From a virus (lineage: Duplodnaviria > Caudoviricetes), in the IMG/VR virus record IMGVR_UViG_3300037478_000544, positions 1-51,886 of that record: DNA of 51,886 nt; one strand, 5' to 3'. Position 1 is the stretch's first letter. The number at the start of each line of letters is the position of its first letter. The translations under genes were made by a program, and so were the position numbers. The notes under the pieces are model-generated. The model worked only from the letters and a program-made list of their open reading frames with translations. It was not told where the DNA came from and searched no databases. Of this stretch, positions 23,275 through 32,164 are shown piece after piece.

Positions 23275-25664
23275 TGGCCGTCGTCAACACGATCGTCGGA
23301 GCCCCCACCGAGGTGGGGGCAACGGTCGTGGCCACGGTCGACGGTGGCGGCCCGGTCCGGATCGCCGTGGCCGACAACGCGGCCATGACCAACCCGGTGT
23401 TCTCGGGCTCGCAGGCGGTTGACGCGCAGGGCGTTGCCAAGGTGACTGTCACCGGCCTGGCCGCTGACACCCGCTACTGGTGGCAGGTTGCGGACAACGG
23501 CGCCATCGACACCAGCGTCACCGGCAGAATGTGGACCCTGCCAACGGCCGGCACCCCGGCCAGTTTCCGGCTCACCGTCGCCGGCTGCGCAGGCCTGTCA
23601 CCCACCTCCCCCGGCGTCGCCGGCGGTGAGCTGGACCCGAACAAGGTGTCCAACCATCCGGTCTACGACGACATCCGCGCCCGCGACCCGCGGATGCACG
23701 TCAACCTCGGCGACTGGGGCTACCCCAACTTCGGCACCGACACAACGGACACGTTGACCAACCGGCGCCGCTACTACGACGACAACCTCGCCCAGCCGCG
23801 GCAGGCCCAGTTCTGCCGCGACGTGCAGCAGCTGGTTGAGCTGGACGACCACGACTTCGCCAGCAACGACTCCGACGGTACGTACGCCGATAAGGTGAAC
23901 GCGGCGGCTGCGTACCGGGAACGGGTGCCCCACTACCCGCTGCCCGACGCTGATGCCATGTACCAATCGGTGCAGGTCGGCCGGGTCCTGCTGGTCGCCC
24001 TGGACGTCCGTTACTTCCGGTCTCCGAACAGCGACCCGGACGGGCCGAGCAAGACCATGCTCGGGTCGGTGCAGCGGGAGTGGCTGGCTGGGCTGCTGGC
24101 CGCCAGCAGCGCGGAGGTGCTGGTCGTCCTGTCCCCGTCCCAGTGGCTTGGACCGAGCAGCGACGGGTGGGGCAACTTCGCCACCGAACGGGCGCAGCTG
24201 GCCGCCCTGTTCGCCGCCCACTTCCCCGCCCGGACGGTGCTGGCGCACAGCGACCGGCACGGGCTCGGGTTGACCGGAGGCGGAACCAACACCGCCGGTG
24301 GGTTCCCCGTGCTGCAGGCAGGGTCGATCGACAGCGACTTCGGCCTGGCCGTACCCGACGTGTTCGACGTTGTTCCCGACACCCCCGGCCGCGGCCAGTA
24401 CGGAACCGTCGACGTCACCGACCTCGGCTCGGCAATCGTCATCACCCTCACCTGCTGGCGTGGCAACACCATCATCGGCTCATACCCGCACAGCATCTCG
24501 ATCACCACACCAACCTCGGTCACCTCGGCGCAGGTCCACGAGTTCGCCGCGGTCATCTCCGGCTCCCACCAGCCGGTCTTCGACGCCCGGATCCTGACCG
24601 GGTGGCGCACCGGTCCGGACCCGGCTGGGATCACCATCGCCATCCTCGGCGGGGATGTTGCCTACGACGCCACCGCGCAGGTGTTCGCCAGCCTGTCCCT
24701 GACCACCGCCGGTATCGACGAACACGACGAGCAGTCCCGGTTCCCCCGGTTGCCCAGCGACCTGTTCGCCCCCTACGGAAACGAGCTGTGGGTCCGCCGT
24801 GGTGTCGACGTCGGCTCCGGTGTGCTGTGGGCCAGCCTCGGCTACTTCCGCATCGACGCGGCCGAGCAGGACGAGTCCCCCTACGGCGACATCACCTTGT
24901 CGGGGCAGGACCGGATGGCCCATCTGATCGACGCCCGGCTGGTCGTGGCCCGCACGTTCGCCTCGTCGAACACGGTCGCGTTCGTGTTCGCCAGCCTGGT
25001 CGGGGAGGTGCTGCCGCAGGCGACGATCCTGTTCGACGACAACACCGCCACCGCCCCTCTCGGCCGGCGGCTGACCGCCGAGGAAGACCGGTACGCGGTG
25101 CTGGCCGAGCTTGCCGACTCGTACGGCAAGGTCATGTACTGGGATGGGGACGGGTTCCTGCGGGTCGAATCACCCCCGGACGAGTCGACCCCGGTGTGGG
25201 AGGTCGCCGCCGGGTCCGGCGGGGTGCTGCTCACCTCCGGGCGCAGGGTCACCTCCGAGGGGATGCGCAACGGTTGGGTGGTCACCGGTGAGGGTGGCGA
25301 CCAGCAGGTCCCGGTGCGCGCGGTAGCGGTTGACATCGGCGCGTCCTCGCCCACCCGGTGGGGTGGCCGGTTCGGCAAACGGCCCGGGTTCTACTCGTCG
25401 CCGCTGATCGTCACCGAAGCCCAGGCGGAGACGGTTGCCCGGGCCCGGCTGCTGCGCACCCTCGGCGCGCCCTACTCCGCAGACTTCAGCGACCCGGCCA
25501 ACCCGGCGCTGCGCCCGTGGCATCCGATCCGGGTCGAACAGCGTGACGGGAACCGGGAAATCCACGTGGTCTCCAGCCTGACCGTTCCGCTGACCGCATC
25601 CCAGCACATGTCCGGGTCGACCAGGGAGAAGACGCATGCGGTGATCGGCCGGGTGGTCTCATGA
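23274..25664 (+). CDS. PhoD-like metallophosphoesterase fused to DUF5047-like minor tail (hub) protein
   Basis: N-half: GLAADTRYWW, GDWGY, DDHDF, LDVRYFR, MLG..QREWL, HSDRH. C-half: SGSH..., LFAPYGNEL.VRRG, LGYFRI, G.DRM, YSSPLI. Confidence 0.85.
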   Translation: MAVVNTIVGAPTEVGATVVATVDGGGPVRIAVADNAAMTNPVFSGSQAVDAQGVAKVTVTGLAADTRYWWQVADNGAIDTSVTGRMWTLPTAGTPASFRLTVAGCAGLSPTSPGVAGGELDPNKVSNHPVYDDIRARDPRMHVNLGDWGYPNFGTDTTDTLTNRRRYYDDNLAQPRQAQFCRDVQQLVELDDHDFASNDSDGTYADKVNAAAAYRERVPHYPLPDADAMYQSVQVGRVLLVALDVRYFRSPNSDPDGPSKTMLGSVQREWLAGLLAASSAEVLVVLSPSQWLGPSSDGWGNFATERAQLAALFAAHFPARTVLAHSDRHGLGLTGGGTNTAGGFPVLQAGSIDSDFGLAVPDVFDVVPDTPGRGQYGTVDVTDLGSAIVITLTCWRGNTIIGSYPHSISITTPTSVTSAQVHEFAAVISGSHQPVFDARILTGWRTGPDPAGITIAILGGDVAYDATAQVFASLSLTTAGIDEHDEQSRFPRLPSDLFAPYGNELWVRRGVDVGSGVLWASLGYFRIDAAEQDESPYGDITLSGQDRMAHLIDARLVVARTFASSNTVAFVFASLVGEVLPQATILFDDNTATAPLGRRLTAEEDRYAVLAELADSYGKVMYWDGDGFLRVESPPDESTPVWEVAAGSGGVLLTSGRRVTSEGMRNGWVVTGEGGDQQVPVRAVAVDIGASSPTRWGGRFGKRPGFYSSPLIVTEAQAETVARARLLRTLGAPYSADFSDPANPALRPWHPIRVEQRDGNREIHVVSSLTVPLTASQHMSGSTREKTHAVIGRVVS

Positions 25665-26476
25665 GCGGCTGGAAGACGGACGACCTGGCTTCGGTTCTCG
25701 TCGGCGGGGACATGCAACCGGTGGGCCGCACCCAGGGGATCATCCAAGCCTTCGACCCGGACACGTTCGAGAACACGGTCGCGTTCGGCGGGGCGCAGCA
25801 CCAGGACCTGGTGGTCACCAACCCGGTCGACGCGTTGAGCTACCAGCCGGGTGATGTGGTGATCGTCGAGAAGTGGGCGCCGTCGGGGCGCGGGTTCGCC
25901 TCGTACGCGATCGCCGGCCGGTGGCTGGTGCCGGCCGGTGGGAACGCCGCGGCGGCGGTCGGGTTCCTGCAGACCGGTGTCGCCTCGGCGATCGTCGACG
26001 AGTTGGTCGAGCAGCTGCTGACCTCCCCGGCGGGGGTCGCACTGGCACAGTTCGTCAACTCGCAGGTGTTCCACTTCGCGTCCGACACCGGGGCGGGCAC
26101 GGTGTCCAGTTCGAGCTGGACGGACCTGTCCGGGGCCAGCGTCGGCCCGACCTGTTCGGGTGTGGAGATCAGTTCGGAGCGGCGGGCGTTGGTCATCGTG
26201 TCCGCGCTGATGACCGCCGCGGCCAACGAACGGCCGCACATGTCCTTCGCGGTCACCGGGGCGTCCTCGTTCACCCCGGGCACCGGGTTCTCCGACCAGT
26301 TCGACCTGCGGCTGCGCACGGCCAACCAGGGCTTCGACGCGCGGCTGAGCGCGGTCATCCCGCTCGGCCCGTCCGAGCTGACCTCCGCCGGCACGCACAC
26401 GTTCACGGCGAAGTACCGGGCGACGATCGGCACGCCCAGCTTCTCCGCCCGCACGTTGGCGGTGATCGCATACTGA
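25661..26476 (+). CDS. Minor tail protein
   Basis: ATGA coupling; OB-like N-terminus and beta-rich C-terminus (GTHTFTAKYR). Confidence 0.75.
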   Translation: MSGWKTDDLASVLVGGDMQPVGRTQGIIQAFDPDTFENTVAFGGAQHQDLVVTNPVDALSYQPGDVVIVEKWAPSGRGFASYAIAGRWLVPAGGNAAAAVGFLQTGVASAIVDELVEQLLTSPAGVALAQFVNSQVFHFASDTGAGTVSSSSWTDLSGASVGPTCSGVEISSERRALVIVSALMTAAANERPHMSFAVTGASSFTPGTGFSDQFDLRLRTANQGFDARLSAVIPLGPSELTSAGTHTFTAKYRATIGTPSFSARTLAVIAY

Positions 26477-26497
26477 TGGCAGCCCACCAGACGCAAG

Positions 26498-26568
26498 CAG
26501 CGGAATTTCTGTGCACCGTGGTGCATAGAAACTCCGCTGGGCAGTTTCCTTGCCAGTGGCAAGGAAAC
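26498..26568. repeat. REP-like palindrome cluster 1 (2 hairpins)
   Basis: CAGCGGAATTTCTGTGCACC-GT-GGTGCATAGAAACTCCGCTG and GTTTCCTTGCCA-G-TGGCAAGGAAAC. Confidence 0.75.
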
Positions 26569-26580
26569 CTCGGTCAGGGC

Positions 26581-27000
26581 TTACGGCGTCCCACCGGAGC
26601 GGACGGTCGCCACCCACACCCGGGCCTCCGGGTACAGCCCGTTGCCATACCAGGACTCGCCGAAGCTCGCCGACCAGCTCGACACCCGGCCACACGCCTG
26701 CTCGATCCAGTAAACCGACGGGTAGCCGATCCGCCAATCGCAGGCCAACATCAGGGTCTGGCCGGTGCAGGAAGCGGGGCGGGCAGCCGCTGCCGCCACA
26801 GCCTGCTCGTGGGACAGGAACCGGTCGATCCAGCAGGCTTCCAACACCGGCCAGTTGAACGCGCCGTACGGCGAGGTGGTGACGTTGCTGCGCCAGTCCT
26901 GCTCCTGCGGGGCGGGCTGCGCGGTGGCTGCACCGGCCAGGACGGCGCCGGTGACGAGGATGGTTGCGATGGTGGCGACTACGCGCCTCACGTGTGTCAT
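26581..27000 (-). CDS. Predicted secreted protein (moron)
   Basis: MTHVRRVVATIATILVTGAVLAGAATA-QP signal-peptide pattern; four Cys in the mature part. Confidence 0.75.
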   Translation of the reverse strand: MTHVRRVVATIATILVTGAVLAGAATAQPAPQEQDWRSNVTTSPYGAFNWPVLEACWIDRFLSHEQAVAAAAARPASCTGQTLMLACDWRIGYPSVYWIEQACGRVSSWSASFGESWYGNGLYPEARVWVATVRSGGTP

Positions 27001-27066
27001 GACACCTACGGTAGCATAGGTGTCATGACACATGGAGCTGATCAGTCGGAAATCTGTCATGACACC
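26993..27066. promoter_or_regulatory. Symmetric divergent promoter/operator with three TGTCATGACA palindromes
   Basis: Perfect 16-bp inverted arms at 26993-27008 and 27017-27032; third box at 27055-27064. Confidence 0.8.
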
Positions 27067-27075
27067 TTGGCGGAT

Positions 27076-27270
27076 GTGACGGGCAGAAGCGGACGAGGTA
27101 CCGCACGGCAGACAGTCCGGATCGACCCCGAGCTGTGGGACCGGTTCGGCGTGGCCGCCCGCAGCGCCGGGGTGGACCGGTCGAGCGTGCTGCGCGAGTT
27201 CATCCGGTGGTACGTGCACGAGGCCGGGCTGCCCGAGCGGCCGTCGCCGACTGGAGACGAGGAGGAGTGA
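27076..27270 (+). CDS. Ribbon-helix-helix (CopG/Arc-like) regulator
   Basis: RQTVRIDPELWDRFGVAARSAGVDRSSVLREFIRWYV; an in-frame upstream ATG at 27025 is also possible. Confidence 0.8.
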   Translation: MTGRSGRGTARQTVRIDPELWDRFGVAARSAGVDRSSVLREFIRWYVHEAGLPERPSPTGDEEE

Positions 27271-27273
27271 GCT

Positions 27274-28284
27274 GTGAGCGTCGAAGGCGTGGACTACAGC
27301 TGGGGCCGGCCGGACCTGGCCGAGCTAGCTCGGCTCGGCAAGCGGTTCATCATCCGATACGTCAGCTTCGATCGGACCGGGAAGAACCTCAACAAGTCCG
27401 AGGCCGACAAGGCGATCGCCGCCGGGCTGAGCGTCGTAACGAACTGGGAGTGGGACGCCCGCGACCAGCTCGGCGGTCGCTCCCGCGGGGTGGAGCATGC
27501 CAGGGAGGCTGACCGGCTGCACCGGGCCGCCGGCGGACCAGCCGGCCGGCCGATCTACTTCTCCACCGACTTCGACGCCAGCACAGCGCAGCTGGCCACC
27601 TGCTACGCCTACCTGGAAGGCGCCGCCTCGGTGCTCGGCTGGGGACGGGTCGGGGTGTACGGTTCCCGCCGCACCATCGACTACATGGCCGCCCGTGGGG
27701 TCCGCTGGCTGTGGCAGACGTACGCCTGGTCCGGATTCTCACCGCTGTCCGGTCGGTTCGACCCGGCCAACAGCCGGTGGCATCCCAAGGCGAACCTGCA
27801 CCAGTACAACAACGGGGTGCGCGTGGCCGGGGCGGACTGTGACCTCAACCGGGCGATGACCGTAGACTTCGGACAATGGGGGCAGGCAAGCGGAGGGATC
27901 GAGACCATGTTCTGTGCACACGGCGACCGCGGTAAGAACGTGGAAGCACTGCAGCGGCAGCTGCGCGAGCTCGGCCACGACCCGGGCGCCCTGGATGGCG
28001 TCTACGGGGACAAGACCGCAGCCGCGTTGGCCGCGGCCCGGGGGACCGGCGACGGACGGGAGTACGGCCCGGTGTCCTACGTCCAGCTGCTCAAGCAGCT
28101 GACCCGCCTGGACGCCGGGGTACCGGGACCGCAGGGTCCGAAGGGTGACCCTGGGCCGGCCGGCCCGGCCGGACCCACGGGTCCCGCAGGGCCGACCGGC
28201 CAGGCGGGGCCGGCGGGGCCTGCCGGGAAGACGCCGACCAAGCTGTCCATCCTCGGCACCGGAACGGTCACCGAGGCGCTGTGA
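27274..28284 (+). CDS. Endolysin: DUF1906/GH25-like glycoside hydrolase, peptidoglycan-binding domain and collagen-like tail
   Basis: GVDYS, IRY, PIYFSTDFD, GVYG, WQTYAWS, DCDLN; GDRG..V..LQ..L..LG..PG.LDGVYG.KT; 13 G-X-Y triplets. Confidence 0.88.
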   Translation: MSVEGVDYSWGRPDLAELARLGKRFIIRYVSFDRTGKNLNKSEADKAIAAGLSVVTNWEWDARDQLGGRSRGVEHAREADRLHRAAGGPAGRPIYFSTDFDASTAQLATCYAYLEGAASVLGWGRVGVYGSRRTIDYMAARGVRWLWQTYAWSGFSPLSGRFDPANSRWHPKANLHQYNNGVRVAGADCDLNRAMTVDFGQWGQASGGIETMFCAHGDRGKNVEALQRQLRELGHDPGALDGVYGDKTAAALAAARGTGDGREYGPVSYVQLLKQLTRLDAGVPGPQGPKGDPGPAGPAGPTGPAGPTGQAGPAGPAGKTPTKLSILGTGTVTEAL

Positions 28285-28598
28285 TGACCGTCGGCATCCC
28301 GCACGGCTCGGTGGTCGTCACCCCCACCGAGATGTACCACGAGCTACGCAACGTCTCCGACGAGCTGAAACGGCTGGTGGCCGTGGTCGACCCGGCGATT
28401 GCCGAGGTGCGCGTCGACGTCGCCGAGAACAAGGCGACGATCGCCGCAGCCCGGGCGGAGCTGTGGGCGGAGGTCCGCTCGCTGGACCGCCGGTTGCATG
28501 GGGTGCAGGGCCGGCTGTGGTTCGCCGCTGGTGCGGCGGTGGCGTTGGGTGGCACCGGCGGGTGGTTGGCATCGATCCTCACGGGAGGTATCACATGA
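28281..28598 (+). CDS. Coiled-coil membrane protein (lysis cassette)
   Basis: Coiled coil plus C-terminal TM segment; coupled to the endolysin. Confidence 0.7.
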   Translation: MMTVGIPHGSVVVTPTEMYHELRNVSDELKRLVAVVDPAIAEVRVDVAENKATIAAARAELWAEVRSLDRRLHGVQGRLWFAAGAAVALGGTGGWLASILTGGIT

Positions 28599-28780
28599 GC
28601 AGGGTCAGACGGCTACGCAAGGCGATCGGCGCCGGGTTGGGCGCGGTGACCGGTGCGCTGGTGGTGTGGGGTGCGGCCGCGGCCGGGGTGGACATCGACC
28701 CGGCGGCGGCGGCGAGCCTGGCCGCGGTGCTGGCGGTGCTGGGGACGTACATCACCCCGGCCAACGAGGTCCCGACGTGA
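28595..28780 (+). CDS. Putative holin
   Basis: 61 aa, two hydrophobic segments, RKAI...TY..P.N pattern, GGAGG RBS. Confidence 0.7.
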   Translation: MSRVRRLRKAIGAGLGAVTGALVVWGAAAAGVDIDPAAAASLAAVLAVLGTYITPANEVPT

Positions 28781-29292
28781 GTGACTACGACAGCACGGCC
28801 GACACACTGAGGCACGCTCTGCGCGTTGGCGAGCTGATGGGCCAGCCAATCTCTGAACTGGTCAACCGTTCCGTCCGGCATGATCGCAGCAAGATCGAAG
28901 ACCCAGAGTTGGCCATCTTCAACGAGTTCACGCCGAAGCTGCGTAACACCACCTACGGATCGGCTGAATACAAGGGCTTCCTTGACGGCATGGGTGACGG
29001 CCTGCGCCACCACTACGAACACAACCCTCACCACCCGGAGCATTACTCCGAGGGGATCGCTGGCATGACGCTGGTGGATCTCGTGGAGATGCTGGCGGAC
29101 TGGCGCGTGGCGACCGAGCGTCATGCTGATGGCAGCCTAGTTCGCAGCCTGCTCATCCAGCAGGAACGCTTCGGGATCTCCGAGCAACTCGCCGCGATAC
29201 TTTGGAACACCGCCCGCCACTTCCAATGGCTCGATGACGAACCCGACATGAGCACCGCGGGTGGATCACGACGGGAGGCGGACCAGCCGTGA
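28777..29292 (+). CDS. DUF5662-like HD-type metal-binding protein
   Basis: HDRSK...E, HHYEHNPHHPEHY, VEMLADW. Confidence 0.8.
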   Translation: MSDYDSTADTLRHALRVGELMGQPISELVNRSVRHDRSKIEDPELAIFNEFTPKLRNTTYGSAEYKGFLDGMGDGLRHHYEHNPHHPEHYSEGIAGMTLVDLVEMLADWRVATERHADGSLVRSLLIQQERFGISEQLAAILWNTARHFQWLDDEPDMSTAGGSRREADQP

Positions 29293-29537
29293 GCCCGGCG
29301 ACCCGCTGGCGAACGCTGTTCCTCGGCCTGACCGCAGTGGTGATCGGCATGGAGATCTGGGCCAGCGCCGACGGCGACCCGGACACCGACCCGTGGACGG
29401 ATCTCATAGTCCGTCACATCCCGGGTGAGGTCGCCGCGCTGGCCATCGCCGGACTGTGCGGATGGCTAAGTGTCCATTTCGCAGTCAGGTACATCCGCAA
29501 GGCGAGGGCGCGACGTGCCGACCCGCCGGTAGAATGA
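29289..29537 (+). CDS. Small membrane protein
   Basis: Two TM segments; GGAGG RBS. Confidence 0.7.
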   Translation: MSPATRWRTLFLGLTAVVIGMEIWASADGDPDTDPWTDLIVRHIPGEVAALAIAGLCGWLSVHFAVRYIRKARARRADPPVE

Positions 29538-29596
29538 GGTGGTCCCGGCGTGTGCGAACACCCGGGACCTGATGGAACCCCTTACGGGAGGCGCAC

Positions 29597-30031
29597 ATGG
29601 CCGGGTTCGTTGACAGCGTTGAGCAGGCGCTGCTGGACCACTTCCTGACCGACCCGGCGTACGTGCCGCCGGCCACCATGCACCTTGGCCTGTCGACCAC
29701 CACACCCACCGATGCCGGTGGGAACTTCAGCGAACCTTCCGGTGGCAGCTACGCACGGGTGTCCACCGCCGCAGCCGACTGGGGCGCCGCGGCCGGCACC
29801 GCCCCGGCCACCAAGTCCAACACCGCGGCCAAGACGTTCCCGCAGGCCACCGCCGACTGGTCGGCTGGGGCGAACATGACCCACTTCGGGCTGTTCGACG
29901 CGGCCAGCGCCGGGAACCTGCTCTGCTGGGGTCTGCTGGGCACCGCCAAGCCGGTCCTCAATGGCGACACGCCCAGCTTCGCCATTGGCGCGCTGGTCCT
30001 GAAGCTGGGCGACCCGGACGACACGTTCTAG
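29597..30031 (+). CDS. Fibre-associated structural protein
   Basis: E.ALLDHFL...LGLST..P.D.G...EPSGGSYARV...FP.AT.DW...THFGLFDA...GNLL pattern; GGAGG RBS. Confidence 0.75.
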   Translation: MAGFVDSVEQALLDHFLTDPAYVPPATMHLGLSTTTPTDAGGNFSEPSGGSYARVSTAAADWGAAAGTAPATKSNTAAKTFPQATADWSAGANMTHFGLFDAASAGNLLCWGLLGTAKPVLNGDTPSFAIGALVLKLGDPDDTF

Positions 30032-30040
30032 CCGCGGGCC

Positions 30041-31249
30041 ATGGCGCAGATCCTGGTACCGGCCGCCGACGTAGCGGTCGGGTCCTGGACCCCCGCAATC
30101 AACGCGTGGGCGTCGATCGACGACGACTCGGGCGCCAACCCGACCGGCGACGGGCAGCTGGTCACCTCCGACGCGGTCGGGAACAACACCAACACCACCA
30201 ACCTGGACGTGTCGCTGGCCACCGGCACCGACCCCGCAGTGTCCACCGGGCACATCCTGCGGGTCCGCTGGCACTGCTCCGGCACCCAGTCGCTGGCCGC
30301 GAACTGCGAGCTGTGGCAAGGCGTGCCCGAGCTCGGCAGCCTGGTCGCGGCGGTCACAGTCACCCCGTCGGTCGGGGCAACCGAGATCGAATCCACTCAC
30401 AGCCTGACCGCCGGCGAGGCCGACTCGATCACCGACTACAGCACCCTGCACCTGCGGCTGTGGGGGCGTGGCACCGCCGGCGGGCCCGCGCGCAGCCTCG
30501 TGGTGGAGCTGGCCGAGCTGGAGACCCCCGACGCCGGCACACCGCCGGTAGCACTGGCCGGCACCGCAACCGCTGCGGCCGCAGCCACCGGCACGGCCGA
30601 GCTCACCCGCGCGCTGGCCGGCACCGCAACGGCCGCCATGTCCGCCGCGGCGGCCACGGCCGTAACCCGGCCGGTGGCCGGCGCCGCAACGGCCGCAGCT
30701 ACCGCCGCAGCGGAGCTGAGCATCACCGGCGCCGGTGGAGGGCCGGTGAGCCTCGAGGCGGAAACAGCCACCGCCGCGCAGGCAGCCGCCCAACTGTCCA
30801 CCGTCCGGGCACACTCCGGGTCCACCACCGGCGCCGCCGCCAGCCAGGCCGCGCTCACCGTGACCCGCGGCCTGTCCGGTGCTGCACCGGTGGCCGGTTC
30901 GACGACCGGCGACCTGGACATTCAGGGTTCCGTATCGCTGTCCGGTGCCGTGCCGGCCGGGGTCAGCACCACCGCCGACCTGGCCACCATCCGCCCCCTG
31001 ACCGGTGTCAGTACCACCGCCGGTGGGGTGGCCGCCGACCTGGCCACCACCCGGCCGCTGGATGGGTCGGCTGTTGCCGCCACCGGTGCCGGCGCCGAGC
31101 TGGGTGGCGTCGGGTCGACCCCGGCCGGGCCCACACCGGAAGCCCGGATCTACCGGGTGAGCGCCGAAGGTCGCGGTTACCAGATCCCGGTCGAGGCCCG
31201 GGTCGCCCGCATCCCGGCCGAGGACCGTACCTACCGGATTGTGAGGTGA
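30041..31249 (+). CDS. Ala/Thr-rich repetitive fibre-like protein
   Basis: N-terminal beta domain followed by ~22-aa LxG(T/A)...A.L repeats. Confidence 0.75.
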   Translation: MAQILVPAADVAVGSWTPAINAWASIDDDSGANPTGDGQLVTSDAVGNNTNTTNLDVSLATGTDPAVSTGHILRVRWHCSGTQSLAANCELWQGVPELGSLVAAVTVTPSVGATEIESTHSLTAGEADSITDYSTLHLRLWGRGTAGGPARSLVVELAELETPDAGTPPVALAGTATAAAAATGTAELTRALAGTATAAMSAAAATAVTRPVAGAATAAATAAAELSITGAGGGPVSLEAETATAAQAAAQLSTVRAHSGSTTGAAASQAALTVTRGLSGAAPVAGSTTGDLDIQGSVSLSGAVPAGVSTTADLATIRPLTGVSTTAGGVAADLATTRPLDGSAVAATGAGAELGGVGSTPAGPTPEARIYRVSAEGRGYQIPVEARVARIPAEDRTYRIVR

Positions 31250-31252
31250 CCC

Positions 31253-31528
31253 ATGGGCTCGACGTGGAACAAGGACCCGTCCGCGGTCCTGGACTACCAG
31301 TTCGACTGGGTGTCGTGGCTGGCGGGCGGTGAAACGGTCACCGACTACACGGTCACCGTCTCCGGGGCCGGGGTGGTCAAGGACTCCGACGCGGAAGACG
31401 GCGGGGTGGTGACGGTGTGGCTGTCCGGTGGAACACCTGGCACCCGGTGCACCGTGGCCTGCAAGGTGACCACCAGCGCCGGCCGGACCGATGAGCGGAG
31501 CATCCACTTGCAGGTGCGCGACCGGTGA
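31253..31528 (+). CDS. Fibre-tail adaptor-like protein
   Basis: KDPSAVLDYQFDW..WL...VTVWLSGG...TTSAGRTDERS pattern. Confidence 0.75.
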   Translation: MGSTWNKDPSAVLDYQFDWVSWLAGGETVTDYTVTVSGAGVVKDSDAEDGGVVTVWLSGGTPGTRCTVACKVTTSAGRTDERSIHLQVRDR

Positions 31529-31533
31529 CCACG

Positions 31534-31648
31534 GGAATTTCTCTGACCACGTGGTCATAGAAATTCCATCGGCGGTAGGGGTTCTTTGGCCGCCGGCCAA
31601 GAAACTCGGCGGGCAATTTCTCTCTACCGTGGTGGAGACAAACTCCGC
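31534..31648. repeat. REP-like palindrome cluster 2 (3 hairpins)
   Basis: Hairpins at 31534-31567, 31578-31607 and 31615-31648 with TT(T)C...(G)AAAC/T arms, same family as cluster 1. Confidence 0.75.
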
Positions 31649-31971
31649 GGGTGCAGGGGCCCGTGCTGCGGGGACAGTCTCACCCACAGGCCATGCCATT
31701 CCCGGGAGGTCGCTTCCCGCCCGTAGCACGGTGTCCACCCGGACCCGACGGTGCCGGTCACCATGATGACGTTGGTGGAGACCAGCCGCGCAGGGTCGGA
31801 CATCCGACAGGTCACCACCATCCCGCGGCGCTCCAGTCCCCGCACCGCGGAGCGCGCCTTGGCCATCTCGTTGGCGTCGTCCGGGTCGCCGGCCAGTTGC
31901 CACAGCGGGATCCACTCGTCGTCGAGCCGCGCCAGCAGCTGCCGTTGACGTTCACCGAGGCCTCTACTCAC
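31624..31971 (-). CDS. Putative winged-helix DNA-binding protein
   Basis: GLGERQRQLL...SAVRGLERRGMV. Confidence 0.55.
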   Translation of the reverse strand: MSRGLGERQRQLLARLDDEWIPLWQLAGDPDDANEMAKARSAVRGLERRGMVVTCRMSDPARLVSTNVIMVTGTVGSGWTPCYGREATSREWHGLWVRLSPQHGPLHPRSLSPPR

Positions 31972-32008
31972 CCTCTAAGTTTACCTGCACGCTACGCGGT
32001 AAAGATAG

Positions 32009-32164
32009 CTACCCACCCGGCCGCGGCGGGCCGTGTCTGGCCAGGTACTCCTCCAGCGCGGTGAGCACCAGCGCCGACATTGCCAGCCGCCGCTCCCTGG
32101 CGTACCGCTCCGCGCGCTCCCACAGCGGCACGTCCTGGTCGCGGACGTAGACAGCCTTGGCCAT
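32009..32164 (-). CDS. Small ribbon-helix-helix protein (not in the ORF track)
   Basis: MAKAVYVRDQDVPLWERAERYARERRLAMSALVLTALEEYLARHGPPRPGG, 51 aa, read by hand. Confidence 0.75.
   Translation of the reverse strand: MAKAVYVRDQDVPLWERAERYARERRLAMSALVLTALEEYLARHGPPRPGG

Noticed and set aside
20934-31528. Diversity-generating retroelement or invertible fibre cassette
   Set aside because: No reverse transcriptase, template/variable repeat pair, or inverted fibre gene copies were seen.
29582-31915. 777-aa minus-strand ORF and many other long overlapping ORFs
   Set aside because: Antisense or off-frame shadows expected in high-GC DNA; the opposite strand holds recognisable genes.
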